Below are positions 28,331 through 39,600 of a DNA stretch of 64,000 bases, piece after piece. This DNA is from Polyangium mundeleinium (GTDB lineage Bacteria > Myxococcota_A > Polyangia > Polyangiales > Polyangiaceae). Every line of letters starts with the position of its first letter. Positions within the stretch are counted from its first letter, which is position 1. Below the pieces are notes generated by a model. The model worked only from the letters and a program-made list of their open reading frames with translations. It was not told the origin of the DNA and searched no databases. The stretch is taken from positions 1,971,711 to 2,035,710 of the forward strand of contig NZ_JAQNDO010000001.1 of assembly GCF_028369105.1 (NCBI RefSeq). The letters are read 5' to 3'. A program made the position numbers and the translations under genes.

Positions 28331-28612
28331 GGCCCCCACGCAGCCCGCGCTCCTGCCCTCCAGCGACCTTCGCGGTTCGCGGCCGGGCTCGGTCTGGCGG
28401 GTCCGCGAAGGCCATTCAAAGCAAGACGCGTGGGCGTGATGCGGGACGACCTGGCCCCGTGACGGTGACCTCTCGACGCCCGTCGCCATCGCTGCGGACG
28501 GCCGACTTGCGGCCCTCGGCGAGCGGCTCAACGTTCGGTCATGACGGGACCGAGCGGCGCGCGGAAAGAACCCTGCGCGGCGCGAGGGGACCACACGCGA
28601 GGGGGGCCGACG

Positions 28613-29689
28613 ATGACCCGACAATCGAGAAAGCCGAGAGGAGACTGGGAGCGTCGAGGGATCATCTCCCTGGGTTTGATCTTCGTGGGGCTGTCGTTCG
28701 TGGCATGCGACGAAAGCCTCGGGCAACGAGCGCGTATGGGAGGCGCGTGCCCGCCCGGGGAGATCTGCTCGGAGCAGACGCCGAGGGGCCTGGTATTCTT
28801 TGGCGCGCGGACATTCAACGATGCGGAAGCCAATGAACGCCTCGCCACGGCCCTTGGGGGCACGCAGACGATGTTCCTCCGCTACCCGGAGCCGCCCTAT
28901 GATCCCTTCGTGGCTGGCTTCAAGGCGATGCTCGTCGATTCCAGGGCTGCCGCGATCGAATCGAGTGGCGCCGCCTCGGTCGTCCTGCGAGGTGTCTCCG
29001 AGGGCCAATCCTTGCTGCGACTCCTCGAGCCAGGGACGAACAAGCTACTCGACCGGTACGCGATCAAGGTTGCGCCCGTCGCGCGTGTCGCCCTGCTCCC
29101 GCGGGAGCTTCGGGAAGAGGATGCGGACGTCGTGCGCTGGAAGGTGCTCGCCGGGAACCCGGCCTTGCTCGGGGTCCTGCTCTTCGACCCGAATGACCAC
29201 CAGCTCGTCGACGAGGGGCTCGAGGTGCGCGCCCACGCGGCAGAGGTCTCGCGGCATGCGTGGGATCTCTTCCAGGTCACGGTGGTGATCTCGGGGGAGC
29301 GGGTGCTCCTCACGATGCGGGCGGGCGACCGTTCCTTTGTCTCCAACGTGGAGGTCGCCTCGTCGGTCGACGCCATCGCCCTGCGATCCCCCGCGGCCCC
29401 GGAGGAGGGGCGCCCCATCGAGATCAAACGCGGAGCGCCCGGCACGCAGCTCTGCTTTCGCGCAGCCTCGAACAGCACCACGGTGGTCGGGGCGACGTGG
29501 GAGTTCCGCCCGTCCGAGACCGTCTCGATCGAGCGTCCGGAGCCGCCGTCGGGGGAGGAACTGTTGAATACGCCGCTCTGGACGACGCCGGGCTGCGTGA
29601 CGCTCTCCGGGAGGGAGGTCGGACCCGCGACGCTCGGGGTCACTGCGAGCAGCCACTTCGAGATGTTCAAGCTTCTCGTGGTCGAATGA
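28613..29689 (+). CDS. Hypothetical lipoprotein.
   Basis: Canonical lipobox 'LSFVAC' after a basic N-terminus. No family recognized. Coding-like codon bias. Confidence 0.5.
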   Translation: MTRQSRKPRGDWERRGIISLGLIFVGLSFVACDESLGQRARMGGACPPGEICSEQTPRGLVFFGARTFNDAEANERLATALGGTQTMFLRYPEPPYDPFVAGFKAMLVDSRAAAIESSGAASVVLRGVSEGQSLLRLLEPGTNKLLDRYAIKVAPVARVALLPRELREEDADVVRWKVLAGNPALLGVLLFDPNDHQLVDEGLEVRAHAAEVSRHAWDLFQVTVVISGERVLLTMRAGDRSFVSNVEVASSVDAIALRSPAAPEEGRPIEIKRGAPGTQLCFRAASNSTTVVGATWEFRPSETVSIERPEPPSGEELLNTPLWTTPGCVTLSGREVGPATLGVTASSHFEMFKLLVVE

Positions 29690-30094
29690 CCCCTGGAGGG
29701 TCCGATGAAATCATGGCTCACGGTGTTCGTCGCGCTGGGCTCGATCGATCGGCCCGAGTCATCGAAGGCTCCGACGTAGATCGGTTCCGGGTGCGTGGGC
29801 GTGAACGAATACCCGATGGTGCCAGCGCTCTCGCATGTGGCCGGCTCGTCGTGGCTCGTCGTGGTGCGTGACATATCGACGGTATCGACTTAAGGCACGC
29901 TCCGGATGACCGTCGCGTCGCGGAGAAGGCGCGAAGACCCGCCGCAAGAACCAGGTCGCGAAAGCCACGCCCGTGTCGAGCGACGGCACGTCATCGCCTC
30001 GCGCGCCCTCTATGCGCTTCTCTCCTCCACTGGCTCGTGGTACAGGTCCCTACCACGATTGGGCAGTATGTGCTGCCACAGTGGATGAGGTGTT

Positions 30095-33000
30095 ATGTCT
30101 GGACTCGTATCTTCGTGTCCGAGGAAGTCTCGTGCTCGGATTCGGCGCGGCCTGTGGTCCGCGCTCGTTGTCTGTATCGTCGCGCTCGTGGCGTCGTGCT
30201 CTGCCCGCGATGCGGAGCTCTCGTTGCAGGAGAGCACGCCTCCGGAGTCTGTGCCCGCGCGCGCGTCGGCGAAACAAACGCAGGTATCGGCGCCGTTTGA
30301 TCTCGACGGCGTCATGCGGCAGGTCCATTTCGCGTTCCGGAAGGACGGCGAGCGCTGGACGGGCGGGCACACGACCTACGGCGTGCGCGCCTCGACCTCG
30401 GCCTTTTCGGTCCGGCCCGCGTCCGCGGAGGTCGAGGGGGCGGAGGCCACGTTCGAAACCGTCGCGATGACCCGCGGCGCGGCCCGGAATCTCCGCGGCG
30501 TGGAGGGGCGCGTCGAGAAGGATGGCCACCTCGCCGTCGCGCGCGGCGAGGTCACCGAGCATCTGCGGAATGACGACGAGGGCGTCGAGCAGAGCTTCTC
30601 GTTCGAGGCGCGGCCGGAAGGGCGGGGCGACCTCGAGATTCGCGTGCGCGTCACGGGCCAGGCGTACGCGGGCGAGACCGCGGCGGGGCACCATTTCGTC
30701 GATCCGGCGACGGGCCTCGGGCTTCGGTATGGCCTGGCCACGTGGATCGACGGGCGCGGGGAACGGACGGCGGTGCCGGTGCGGTATACGAAGGCCGAGA
30801 GCGAGCTCGTCTTGACCGTGCCCGCGGCCGTCGTGGAGGGCTCCGCCTATCCTGCGGTGCTCGACCCGACGATTGGGCCGGAGTTCGGCCTGGATGCGCC
30901 GATTTATTTCCCGGTGTCCACGGCGCAGTCGTCCATGCAGGTCGCCTTCGACGGGACGAATTGGCTCGTCGCCTGGATTGACTTGCGGCAGCTCAACAAG
31001 ATCAGCGGGCAAACGATCGTCGGCGTCCGCGTCACGCCCGCAGGCGTGATCCTCGACCCGGGGGGCTTCGAGATCGGAGCCGGGATCAGCCTCGTCGCCG
31101 GCTACAATAGGGCGCTCGCTGTGGCCTTTGCAGGCACCCACTACCTCGTCGTGTGGGCGACGTATGCTTCCGAAGGGCTCGTCTATGGCGTGCGCGTCAC
31201 GCCGAACGGCGTCGTGCTCGACCCGACCCCGAAGAAATACGGGAGCCATTCCAGCGGAATCAGCGCGGTCGACGTGGCCGCCGGGGACACGAATTCCCTC
31301 GTCGTATGGGCGTCGACCGACGGGAAGGTGCAAGCCGCGCGCGTCGACGCGACGGGCACGGCCCTCGGCAGTTCCTTCACCGTCCTGCCGAGCACGGGCA
31401 AGGTCGAGTCCAACGCCGTGGTGGCGTCGAATGGAACCGACTTCCTCGTCGCGTGGGAAGACACGCGAAACAACGCCATCGCGGACATCTACGGCGCGCG
31501 CGTGACCGCGGCTGGGGCCGTGCTCGATCCGACCGGCTTTGCGATCTCGCTCGGGGCGCAGACCCAGCTCCTCCCCTCCGTCGCCTCCGACGGGACGGAC
31601 TACTTCGTCGCCTGGGAAGACGGCAGGTGGGGAAACAAAGATATCTACGGCGCGCGGGTCACGTCGTCAGGGGCCTTGCTCGATCCGCTCGGCATGCAGG
31701 TCTGCATGAACGCGGGGACGCAGGCGGCCCCTGACGTCGCGTTCGACGGCAGCCAGTACGTCGTCGTCTGGAGCGACAATCGCGCCGGCAGCACCTCCGA
31801 CATCTGGCAGGGGCGAGTCTCGGTCGACGGCGCTGCGCTCGACGGCACGGGGACCCCGGTCGCCGTCGCCACGAGCTCGCAGTTGCGGCCGAGCGTCGCG
31901 TGCAACGGCGGCGCTTGTTTCGCCGCCTGGGAAGACCAGCGCGCCGGCGGCAGTGCGGTTGCCTATGGCGCGCGCTTCACGGGGAGCACGGTCCACGAAC
32001 CGCTGGGCCTGCTGCTCCTCTCGGCCGCCAACCAGCAGGACGCGCCCTCCGTCGCCTACGACGGCACGAACTATCTCGTCGTCTGGCAGGACCTCCGCAC
32101 CAACACGAACCTCGACATCTACGGCGCGCGGGTCTCGCCGGACGGTGACGTGCTCGATCCCTCGGGCATCCAGGTGTCGGCCGCGACCGGCGATCAGTCC
32201 TCCCCGAAGGTCGTTTGGGGCGGCAGCCAGTACATGATCGTCTGGGAGGACAAGCGCTCGGGGACCTATTACGACGTCTATGCCGCACGCATGACCGCGG
32301 CCGGCGTCGTCAGCGATCCCAGCGGGATCCCCCTCGTCGCCGTCGCCAACCGGTATGAACAAGCCCCGCTGCTCGCGTTCGACGGCACGAATTACCTCGT
32401 CATCTGGCAGGACAATCGTGCGAGCGCCTCCTCCTTCAGCCTCTACGGCGCCCTGCTGACCCAGGCCGGCACGCTGCTCCAGCCGACCGGCTTCATGGTC
32501 GGGTCGTTCGGCGGGACCGGTTTGACGCACGCCTTGGCGTTCGGCGGGGGTCAATACTTCGCGGCATGGATGGCTCCTGGCAGCTACGGCGGGGGCCTGC
32601 GAGGTGGGCGCATCACGACCGCCGGGGCGCTCCTGGACAGCACGTCGGGGGTCTCCATTCGGCCCAACACCCCCACCGGCGGCACCGTCGCGGCGGCATA
32701 CGACGGTCTGAACTTCACCGTCGCGTACAGCACGGGACGCGTCTTTTTGGCCCGCGTGACGGCCGCCGGGGTCCTCATCGACACCCTCGACGTCGAGCTG
32801 TCCCCCAATGCCCAGAGCAGCACGCCTGCCATCGCCTTCGACGGGACCGATTGCCTCATCGTCTGGCGTGACGGGAGGCACGGCGCCAATGGCGCCATTT
32901 ACGGGAGCTGGGTGACCGAGGCCGGCGACGTCCTCACCCCCGGCGGCCAGCCCTTCGCGGGCAATGGCTCCATGTTCCACGGTCGGCCTGCGCTCGCGAG

Positions 33001-34189
33001 CGACGGCGCGGGGCACCTGCTCCTCGCTTATACGAAAGGCGACACCGCGCCGCCCTTCGGAAGCAACCGCGTCCGCGCCCGTCTCCTCACGACCTCGCAG
33101 CCCCTCGGCGCGGCCTGCTCCGCGTCGACCGATTGCGCGAGCGGCTTCTGCGCGGACGGCGTCTGCTGCAACACGAGTTGCGGCGGCTCGGCGCCCGATT
33201 GCCAGGCTTGCGCGGTCGCGCTCGGCGCGTCGGCCGACGGCACCTGCACGCCGCTCACGGGCGCGACGTGCGACGACGGCAATGCCTGCACGCAAAGCGA
33301 CGCCTGCGACGCGGGCGCATGCGTCGGCGCCGATCCGGTGGTCTGTACGGCTGAGGACGAGTGCCACGACCCCGGGACCTGTGATCCGGGGACGGGCACC
33401 TGCGATAACCCGACGAAGGAGGACGGCGAATCCTGCGCGGGTGGCACCTGCACGAGCGGGGTTTGCGAAAGCAGCAGCGCCGGCGCGGGCGGCAGCGGCG
33501 GCGGTGGCGGCAGTGGCGGCAGTGGCGGCAGCGGCGGCAGTGGCGGCAGCGGCGGCAGTGGCGGAAGCAGTGAATCCACCGCTTCGGGTGCGGGCGTGAA
33601 ACCAGGCGAAGGCGGCGAATCCGCCCTGGCCTCTGGCTCGGCCACCTCCGTCGGCTGCCAGGCCTCGGGCGCGCCCGCGACCGGGACGCCGATCGCCGCG
33701 CTGGTGATCGCCGCCGGGCTCCTCGTGCGTCGACGCGCCCCTCGCGCCGCCGCGACGCGTTGTCCTCCCGCGCCTGATTCGCTCCGCCTGAATCTTTCCG
33801 CGCGAGGGCAGGAGACGCCCCACGTCAAGCCTCGACACAGAGCCCTCGCGTATCCCCTCCGCTTCTCCTCGCTCGCCCCCTCGCTCGGCCCATCCCCCCT
33901 CCTCGGCGATCGCACAGCCGTCCGCGCTAACCCATCGTTTCCATTCTCCTCCGCATCCTACCTTCGCGAGTTTGTAGACCCGTCCCACACGATCGCTCTA
34001 CCCTTGCGAGACTCATGGGCGACTCCAGGCACGGTCGGGGTGGGGCGATGGGCAGGGCGCGATGGATCGCAGCGCTTGCCCTGGCCCTTCCTTTGGGCCT
34101 CGGGTGCTCCTCGGGCCCCCCGGCGACGCGGTTTCTCGTCGAGGTCGCAATCACCGCGAAGGCGAACCGGAATTCGCCCGTCCCCATGA
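30095..34189 (+). CDS. Large secreted/lipoprotein-like protein with tandem ~55-aa repeats (...VAW.D.R...DIYGARVT..G..LDP.G...), a myxobacterial Cys-rich repeat module, a Gly-Ser linker and a MYXO-CTERM-like motif. The ORF runs about 140 aa past the MYXO-CTERM (possible frameshift or missed stop).
   Basis: Signal/lipobox 'CIVALVASCSA'. At least 10 tandem repeats. 'CSASTDCASGFCADGVCCNTSCG...' then 'SVGCQASG...ALVIAAGLLVRRRAPRA' followed by non-protein-like read-through. Confidence 0.6.
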   Translation: MSGLVSSCPRKSRARIRRGLWSALVVCIVALVASCSARDAELSLQESTPPESVPARASAKQTQVSAPFDLDGVMRQVHFAFRKDGERWTGGHTTYGVRASTSAFSVRPASAEVEGAEATFETVAMTRGAARNLRGVEGRVEKDGHLAVARGEVTEHLRNDDEGVEQSFSFEARPEGRGDLEIRVRVTGQAYAGETAAGHHFVDPATGLGLRYGLATWIDGRGERTAVPVRYTKAESELVLTVPAAVVEGSAYPAVLDPTIGPEFGLDAPIYFPVSTAQSSMQVAFDGTNWLVAWIDLRQLNKISGQTIVGVRVTPAGVILDPGGFEIGAGISLVAGYNRALAVAFAGTHYLVVWATYASEGLVYGVRVTPNGVVLDPTPKKYGSHSSGISAVDVAAGDTNSLVVWASTDGKVQAARVDATGTALGSSFTVLPSTGKVESNAVVASNGTDFLVAWEDTRNNAIADIYGARVTAAGAVLDPTGFAISLGAQTQLLPSVASDGTDYFVAWEDGRWGNKDIYGARVTSSGALLDPLGMQVCMNAGTQAAPDVAFDGSQYVVVWSDNRAGSTSDIWQGRVSVDGAALDGTGTPVAVATSSQLRPSVACNGGACFAAWEDQRAGGSAVAYGARFTGSTVHEPLGLLLLSAANQQDAPSVAYDGTNYLVVWQDLRTNTNLDIYGARVSPDGDVLDPSGIQVSAATGDQSSPKVVWGGSQYMIVWEDKRSGTYYDVYAARMTAAGVVSDPSGIPLVAVANRYEQAPLLAFDGTNYLVIWQDNRASASSFSLYGALLTQAGTLLQPTGFMVGSFGGTGLTHALAFGGGQYFAAWMAPGSYGGGLRGGRITTAGALLDSTSGVSIRPNTPTGGTVAAAYDGLNFTVAYSTGRVFLARVTAAGVLIDTLDVELSPNAQSSTPAIAFDGTDCLIVWRDGRHGANGAIYGSWVTEAGDVLTPGGQPFAGNGSMFHGRPALASDGAGHLLLAYTKGDTAPPFGSNRVRARLLTTSQPLGAACSASTDCASGFCADGVCCNTSCGGSAPDCQACAVALGASADGTCTPLTGATCDDGNACTQSDACDAGACVGADPVVCTAEDECHDPGTCDPGTGTCDNPTKEDGESCAGGTCTSGVCESSSAGAGGSGGGGGSGGSGGSGGSGGSGGSGGSSESTASGAGVKPGEGGESALASGSATSVGCQASGAPATGTPIAALVIAAGLLVRRRAPRAAATRCPPAPDSLRLNLSARGQETPHVKPRHRALAYPLRFSSLAPSLGPSPLLGDRTAVRANPSFPFSSASYLREFVDPSHTIALPLRDSWATPGTVGVGRWAGRDGSQRLPWPFLWASGAPRAPRRRGFSSRSQSPRRRTGIRPSP

Positions 34190-34512
34190 CCATGGTCGCG
34201 GTGCAGGACGCGAAGCTCTTCGACCAGATCATCAAGCTCACCGCCAAGCAGTGGTACGAGCAGCGCGAGCAGATGCGCCGGGATTTCCCGAGCGGCACCG
34301 CGTTCACCGAGTGGGATTGGGAATTCGTCCCGGGCCAGGCGCCCCCGCCCATGGTCGTCGAGGTCGACGGCAAGGCCGTCGGCGCCGTCATCTTTGCCAA
34401 TTATCGCTCGCCCGGCGATCATCGCTTTCGAATCGGACCGCAACGCCGGATGCGGGTCGACCTCGGCGACGACGACCTCGTCGTGAGCCCCCTCGATGCT
34501 CCGGAGGAATGA
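34048..34512 (+). CDS. tssJ: Type VI secretion lipoprotein TssJ-like.
   Basis: Lipobox 'LGLGCSS'. About 155 aa. 'ANRNSPVPMTMVAVQDAKLF' resembles the TssJ 'sG.pSPvvvRvYqLk...F' core. Sits immediately upstream of tssK. Confidence 0.6.
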   Translation: MGRARWIAALALALPLGLGCSSGPPATRFLVEVAITAKANRNSPVPMTMVAVQDAKLFDQIIKLTAKQWYEQREQMRRDFPSGTAFTEWDWEFVPGQAPPPMVVEVDGKAVGAVIFANYRSPGDHRFRIGPQRRMRVDLGDDDLVVSPLDAPEE

Positions 34513-34513
34513 C

Positions 34514-35842
34514 ATGAGCGCCGACGACATTCCGCTCGCGATTCAATGGCATGACGGGATGCTCCTGTCGCCGCAGCACTTCCAGGAGGCCGATCGCAGG
34601 TCCGAGCGCCTGCTCGCCTACCACCTCGGACAGGCCTCGCCGTACCACCACGGCATCGTCTCGCTGAAGCTCGCCGAAGGCACGCTCGGCAGCGGTCTCC
34701 TTCGTATCCAGCAGGTCGAGGCCATCATGCCCGATGGCACCCTCGTCCATCACGTCGGGGGCAAACACGATCTCTCCGTCGATCTGCGCCCCCAGGCCGC
34801 GCTCGTCCGCGACGCACCCGCCACCGTGTACCTCGCCGTCCCGCGCGCGCAGGCGGCCGTCTCCGCCTCCGCCGCGGACCTCGCGCGCCATCGCTCCGCC
34901 GAGGGCGCGCCCGTCGTCGACGAACACACCGGCGAGGATCCCCTCGAGATCCCGCGCATCGCGCCGAGCGTCCGCCTCCTCGTCGCCGCCGAACCTCCGC
35001 CGCGCCTCGTGTGCTTGCCCATCGCGCGCGTCCGCCTCGAAGGCGAGGCGTTCGTCTCGACCGGTTACATCCCGCCCACCCTCGGCGTCGCGCCTGGCTC
35101 GGAGCTCGACGAGATGTGTCAACGTCTTGCCGGTCGTCTGCGCGAGAAGGCGATGCGCCTCGCCGAGAAGGCGAACTTCCTGTCGCGCACCACCGATCGC
35201 GAGCTCATCGGCGAGGTGCGCCGCCAGATCCAGTGCCTCGTCGCGGCGCTCCCTCCGTTCGAGACCGTCCTCTACTCCGAGCGCCCGCACCCGTTCTCGC
35301 TCTTCGTCGCGCTCACGGGCCTGCTCGGACAGATCTCGTCGCTCGCGCGCACGCCCGTCCCGCCGCTCCTCCCGAAGTACCGGCACGACGACCTCCGCGC
35401 GACCTTCGAGAACGCCCGCGACCACATCTTCCGCATGGTCGACGAGGGCATCATCGAGTCCTTCACGGCCTACCCGTTCGATCTCAAGGACGGCAAGTAC
35501 AACGTCCTCTTCCAGCGCGAGTTCCGTACACGCGCCCTCGTCGTCGCCGTCCGCGTGCAGCGCGGCGTCCGCGAGGATCAGCTCCTCAACTGGATGAACG
35601 GCGCGCTCATCGGCGCCCCGGCGCGCCTCCGCACGATGCAGGAGAGCCGCATCCTCGGCGCCGGACGCAAGCGCGTCGAGCGCAACGGCGATCTCGTCGC
35701 CACGCCCGGCATCTTGCTCTTCGAGCTCGAAGAGCAGAGCGTCTACCTCGACCCGGGCGAACCGCTCACCTTGTGCAACACGGCCGATCCGACGGGGCAG
35801 AGCGGGCCCTCCGAGGCGGTCCTCTACGTGAAGAGCGGGTAG
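34514..35842 (+). CDS. tssK: T6SS baseplate protein TssK.
   Basis: N-terminal 'IQWHDGMLLSPQHFQEADR' TssK signature. Size about 443 aa. Confidence 0.85.
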   Translation: MSADDIPLAIQWHDGMLLSPQHFQEADRRSERLLAYHLGQASPYHHGIVSLKLAEGTLGSGLLRIQQVEAIMPDGTLVHHVGGKHDLSVDLRPQAALVRDAPATVYLAVPRAQAAVSASAADLARHRSAEGAPVVDEHTGEDPLEIPRIAPSVRLLVAAEPPPRLVCLPIARVRLEGEAFVSTGYIPPTLGVAPGSELDEMCQRLAGRLREKAMRLAEKANFLSRTTDRELIGEVRRQIQCLVAALPPFETVLYSERPHPFSLFVALTGLLGQISSLARTPVPPLLPKYRHDDLRATFENARDHIFRMVDEGIIESFTAYPFDLKDGKYNVLFQREFRTRALVVAVRVQRGVREDQLLNWMNGALIGAPARLRTMQESRILGAGRKRVERNGDLVATPGILLFELEEQSVYLDPGEPLTLCNTADPTGQSGPSEAVLYVKSG

Positions 35843-35846
35843 GGGG

Positions 35847-36602
35847 ATGGCTGCTTCTCCGGGACGACCCGCGCTCTCCCCCAAGCAGGCTGCCCTGCGG
35901 GATCAACGCGTCCTCGTCGACGCGTTCTGCAACTTCCACGCGGACGTCGTCACGCAGAAGCGCGTTGTCGTCGCCTCGGGCGGCGTGCTCCCGCACGACG
36001 CCGTCCAGCAGCGCCTCCTCGACGCGTTCGAGCAACAAGCGGGCAAGATCCAGGGCTCGCTCCCCGAGCACGAGCGCCGCCTCTTCGAGGAGACCCGCTA
36101 CGTCATGATCGCCATGGCCGACGAGGTCTTCCTCCACCTCGACTGGACCGGCAAGGAGCCCTGGGCGGACAAACCGCTCGAGTCCGTCGTCTTCCAGACG
36201 CGCGACTCGGGAGACCGATTCTTCAACCGCATCGACGACGCCCTCAACGGACGTATCCCCGCCTCGTCGCAGCTCCTCACCGTCTACCTCACGGCCCTCG
36301 CGCTCGGCTTCCGCGGACGGTATGCGCCGCTCGGCACCGGCGAGCCCGAGACCTACCGCCAGCGCATCGTCGACTTCCTCGCCCGCACCGATCCCGAAAT
36401 CGTCCGTGGAGAAGAGCTCTGCCCCCAGGCGCACGAGCACACCACGAACGACGCGCAGCAGAAGCGTTTGCCCTCCCTCTCCCGAGGCCTCCTGCCGTTC
36501 CTCGTCGTCATCCTCGGCTGGATCGTCATCGGTGAGATCCTCTGGCTCTATCGCACGGCCGAGCTCGACGACGTGCTCGACCGCATCGAGGACGCCACGT
36601 GA
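35847..36602 (+). CDS. tssL: T6SS membrane protein TssL (DotU-like).
   Basis: About 250 aa with a single C-terminal TM 'LPFLVVILGWIVIGEILWLY'. Positioned between tssK and tssM. Confidence 0.8.
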   Translation: MAASPGRPALSPKQAALRDQRVLVDAFCNFHADVVTQKRVVVASGGVLPHDAVQQRLLDAFEQQAGKIQGSLPEHERRLFEETRYVMIAMADEVFLHLDWTGKEPWADKPLESVVFQTRDSGDRFFNRIDDALNGRIPASSQLLTVYLTALALGFRGRYAPLGTGEPETYRQRIVDFLARTDPEIVRGEELCPQAHEHTTNDAQQKRLPSLSRGLLPFLVVILGWIVIGEILWLYRTAELDDVLDRIEDAT

Positions 36603-39600
36603 CCGTCGGCACCCTCCTCAAAATCGTCGCCGGCCTGATCGCGCTCGCGGTCGTCGTGACCGGGGCTTACGCGCTCTTCCTCGCGCAGAAGAAAAAAGCG
36701 CAGAAGGCCCTGGAGCTCGCCAAGCGCGAGGGCAAACCCGATCCGACGGCCGAGATCCGCGCCGCCTTCGACAAGGCCAAGGCCGCGCTCGTCAAGAAGG
36801 TCCAGGACAAGACCGCGCGCGAGGAGATGCCGCGTTACCTGGTCCTCGGCGAACCTTCGTCCGGAAAGACCACGCTCCTCGGCGGCTCCGGCCTCAGCGT
36901 CCAGCTCATCGAGGGCGGAGATCCCGCGCCCGGCGACACGTCGGCGGTCAACCTCTGGATGCTCGGCAAGGCGCTGCTCGTCGACGTCGCCGGCCGTCTG
37001 CTCTTCGGCGAGGGCGGCACGCCTGCGCCCGATCCGCCGTACCGCGCGCTCTTGCACGAGCTCAAGCGCCTGCACCCCGATCGCCCCGTCGACGGCATTC
37101 TTTTGACGGTCCCCTGCGCCGAGGTCATGCAGACCGCGCGCTCCACGCCGGCCGAGCGCAAGCGCAAGGCGACGGTCCTGCGCGCCGCCGTCTCCCTCGC
37201 GCAGCAGACGCTCGGCATGAACGTGCCGGTCTACGTGGTCGTCACGCAGACGATCGCCTCTCTGGCTTCCGCAGCCTCGGCATCGAGGTCACGCAGACCG
37301 GCCGCGACGACATCCTCGGTTGGTCGAGCCCGCACCCGCCCTTCACCGAGGGCTCCGAGGACTGGGTCGAAGAAGCGCTCGGCACCGTCCGGGATGCACT
37401 CCTCCGCTACCAGGCGCGACGGTTTGCCGGCGCCCCCGTCGTCCGCTCCCCCGACGACTTCTTCCTCTTCCCGAGCGAGATCGAGTCGCTCGCCGACGGC
37501 CTGCGCACCTACGTCGATCCCGTCTTCCTCGAAGGCGCCGGCCAGGAGACGCTCACCCTCCGCGGCATCTACTTCTGCGGCCTCGCCGATCCGCCCGCGG
37601 GCCCCCCGCAGCTCACGGCCCCCGGCGCCGCCCCCGCTGCGCCCGCGCCGCCGAAGCCCGCGGGGGCCGCCGCGCCGGGCAAGGTCCTCTTCACGAAGGA
37701 TCTGTTCGAGCACAAAGTGTTCGCCGAGCGGAACCTCGGCAAGCCCGCGGCCACCGCGCTCCGCCGCCGCCAGCGCATCAACCTCGCGCTCCAGATCGTG
37801 GCGTGTTGCCTCGGCGGCGCCTTCCTCGCGGCCCTCTGGATCGACGCCTCGCGCCTCGAACGCCGCACGACCGCGGTGATGCCTTTCCTGCGCGACGTCC
37901 AGAGCAACGTCCTGCAGGCGAAGAGCGAGACCCCGGGCACCGAGGCGAGCTTCGACACCAAGAAGCTCCGCGCCAAGGCCCTCATCGAGAAGCTCGAGAC
38001 GATCGAGGAGTCGGGCCGCCTGCGCTCGCCGCTGAACCCGGCGTCCTGGTGGGGCCGCCTCGACCGCCGCGTCGACACGGCCTTCGTCGTCGCGCTCGAA
38101 CACGTCCTCGTCGATACGTTCCGCGCCGGCCTCACCGAGGAGGCCACGCACCTGCTCCGCCCGCTCCCGCCGCAGCCCCCGCCCGACGCGTTTTTCCCGC
38201 TCAGCGTCGAGAAGAGCCAGGAGTACATCAACCTCGAAACGTGGCTCCGCGAGCTCACCGCGTTCGAGGCCCACGTCGCGCGCCACGATGGCCTGCTCGG
38301 CGAGCTGCCCAAGGACGCCACGCCCGACGCCCGCATGCAGAGCGTCGCTGATCTCTCGGACTACCTGCTCGGCTACAAGACCTCGCCCACGATCGCGGTC
38401 GACTACTACCGCAACGCCCTCACCCGCGGCGCGCGCCGTCAACCGTTTGACCTCGCCCCGCGTCGGGATCCTGCGCGCGAGAAGGCCACGGCGCTCTTCA
38501 AGGGCCTGCAGGATCGTGTCCTCGAAGCCTACAGCGACGCCGTCGTCCGCGCCGACGTCGAGCAGCTCGTGCAGAGCCTCAAGGATCTGGAGACCAAGGG
38601 CGCCGAGTACACCGCGCAGGATCTCTGGACCCTGCGCGACGCGATCGCGCGCGTCGAAGCGCACCTCGGCGCGCCCACGCTCTCCTGGGTCTCGGGCGAG
38701 TCGCTCCCGCCGAACGAGGGCATCGCGGGTCTCTTGAAGACCGTCAAGAACTCGCGCCTCCTCGGCGCCGACGTCGAGGCGTCGTTGCGCAGTGGCGTCG
38801 ACGCGCGCCTGCTCGACCTCAAGACCTACGTCGCGAGCGCCGGCGCGCCCCTCTCCGGGCCCATCCTGGAGCGCAAGGGCGGTGTCCTGCTCATGCGCCT
38901 CTCGCCCTTCATCCTCGGGCTCAAGGCGCCCATCGACGCGCTCCGCCAGCAGACGTTCATGACGGCCGAGGAGGAGAAGACCCTCACGCCCGATCTCGAT
39001 CGGTCGCGCGTCGACTGGGACGCCGAGGTCCTCAAGGAGGCCGCGCGCCTGCCCAAGGACTACGAGACCTTCCTCCAGGGCGGCGTGCTCAAGACGGTCG
39101 ACGCGCGCATCCGCAACACCATCTCCGATCTCACGGTCCGCCAGATCAAGGCGAGCACCCTCGGCGCCGTCGCCCGCGCCGCGCGCCCGGCGACGCCGCT
39201 GCCTGGGAACAACAATCGCCAGTTCGAAACCGTCCGCGGCGACGCGACGAACCTCGGCCAGGCGATGGCCCCCATCCGCGAGATGATCGGCGCGTTCGTC
39301 CGCCTGCGCATGGACGACACGCGCGATCGGCTGCGCGAGCTCTTGCGTGGCCAGGGCTCCGAGGTCCTCGGCCGCGCCGCCGACGTCCTCCGCGCCGAGA
39401 ACCTCTACGGCCTCAAGAAGGGCGGCTTCACCTGGTGGGACGGCAAAGGCACGCCGGCCTTCGAGGCGTTCAGCGTCCCCGACGCCGGCCGTTTGTCCGA
39501 GTATGCCGCGGCCCAGCGCACGCGCGCGGCCACGATGCACAAGGAGCTCGCCGAGCCTTTGCTCGCGGCCATGGAAAGCCCCGAGGTCGCGGGCGACGCG

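Noticed and set aside
36322-36598. 5' portion of the 36322..40650 ORF preceding tssM
   Set aside because: Pro/Ser/Arg-rich shadow frame overlapping tssL. The real tssM starts at the GTG at 36599 in another frame and joins this frame only after the about-37250 frameshift.
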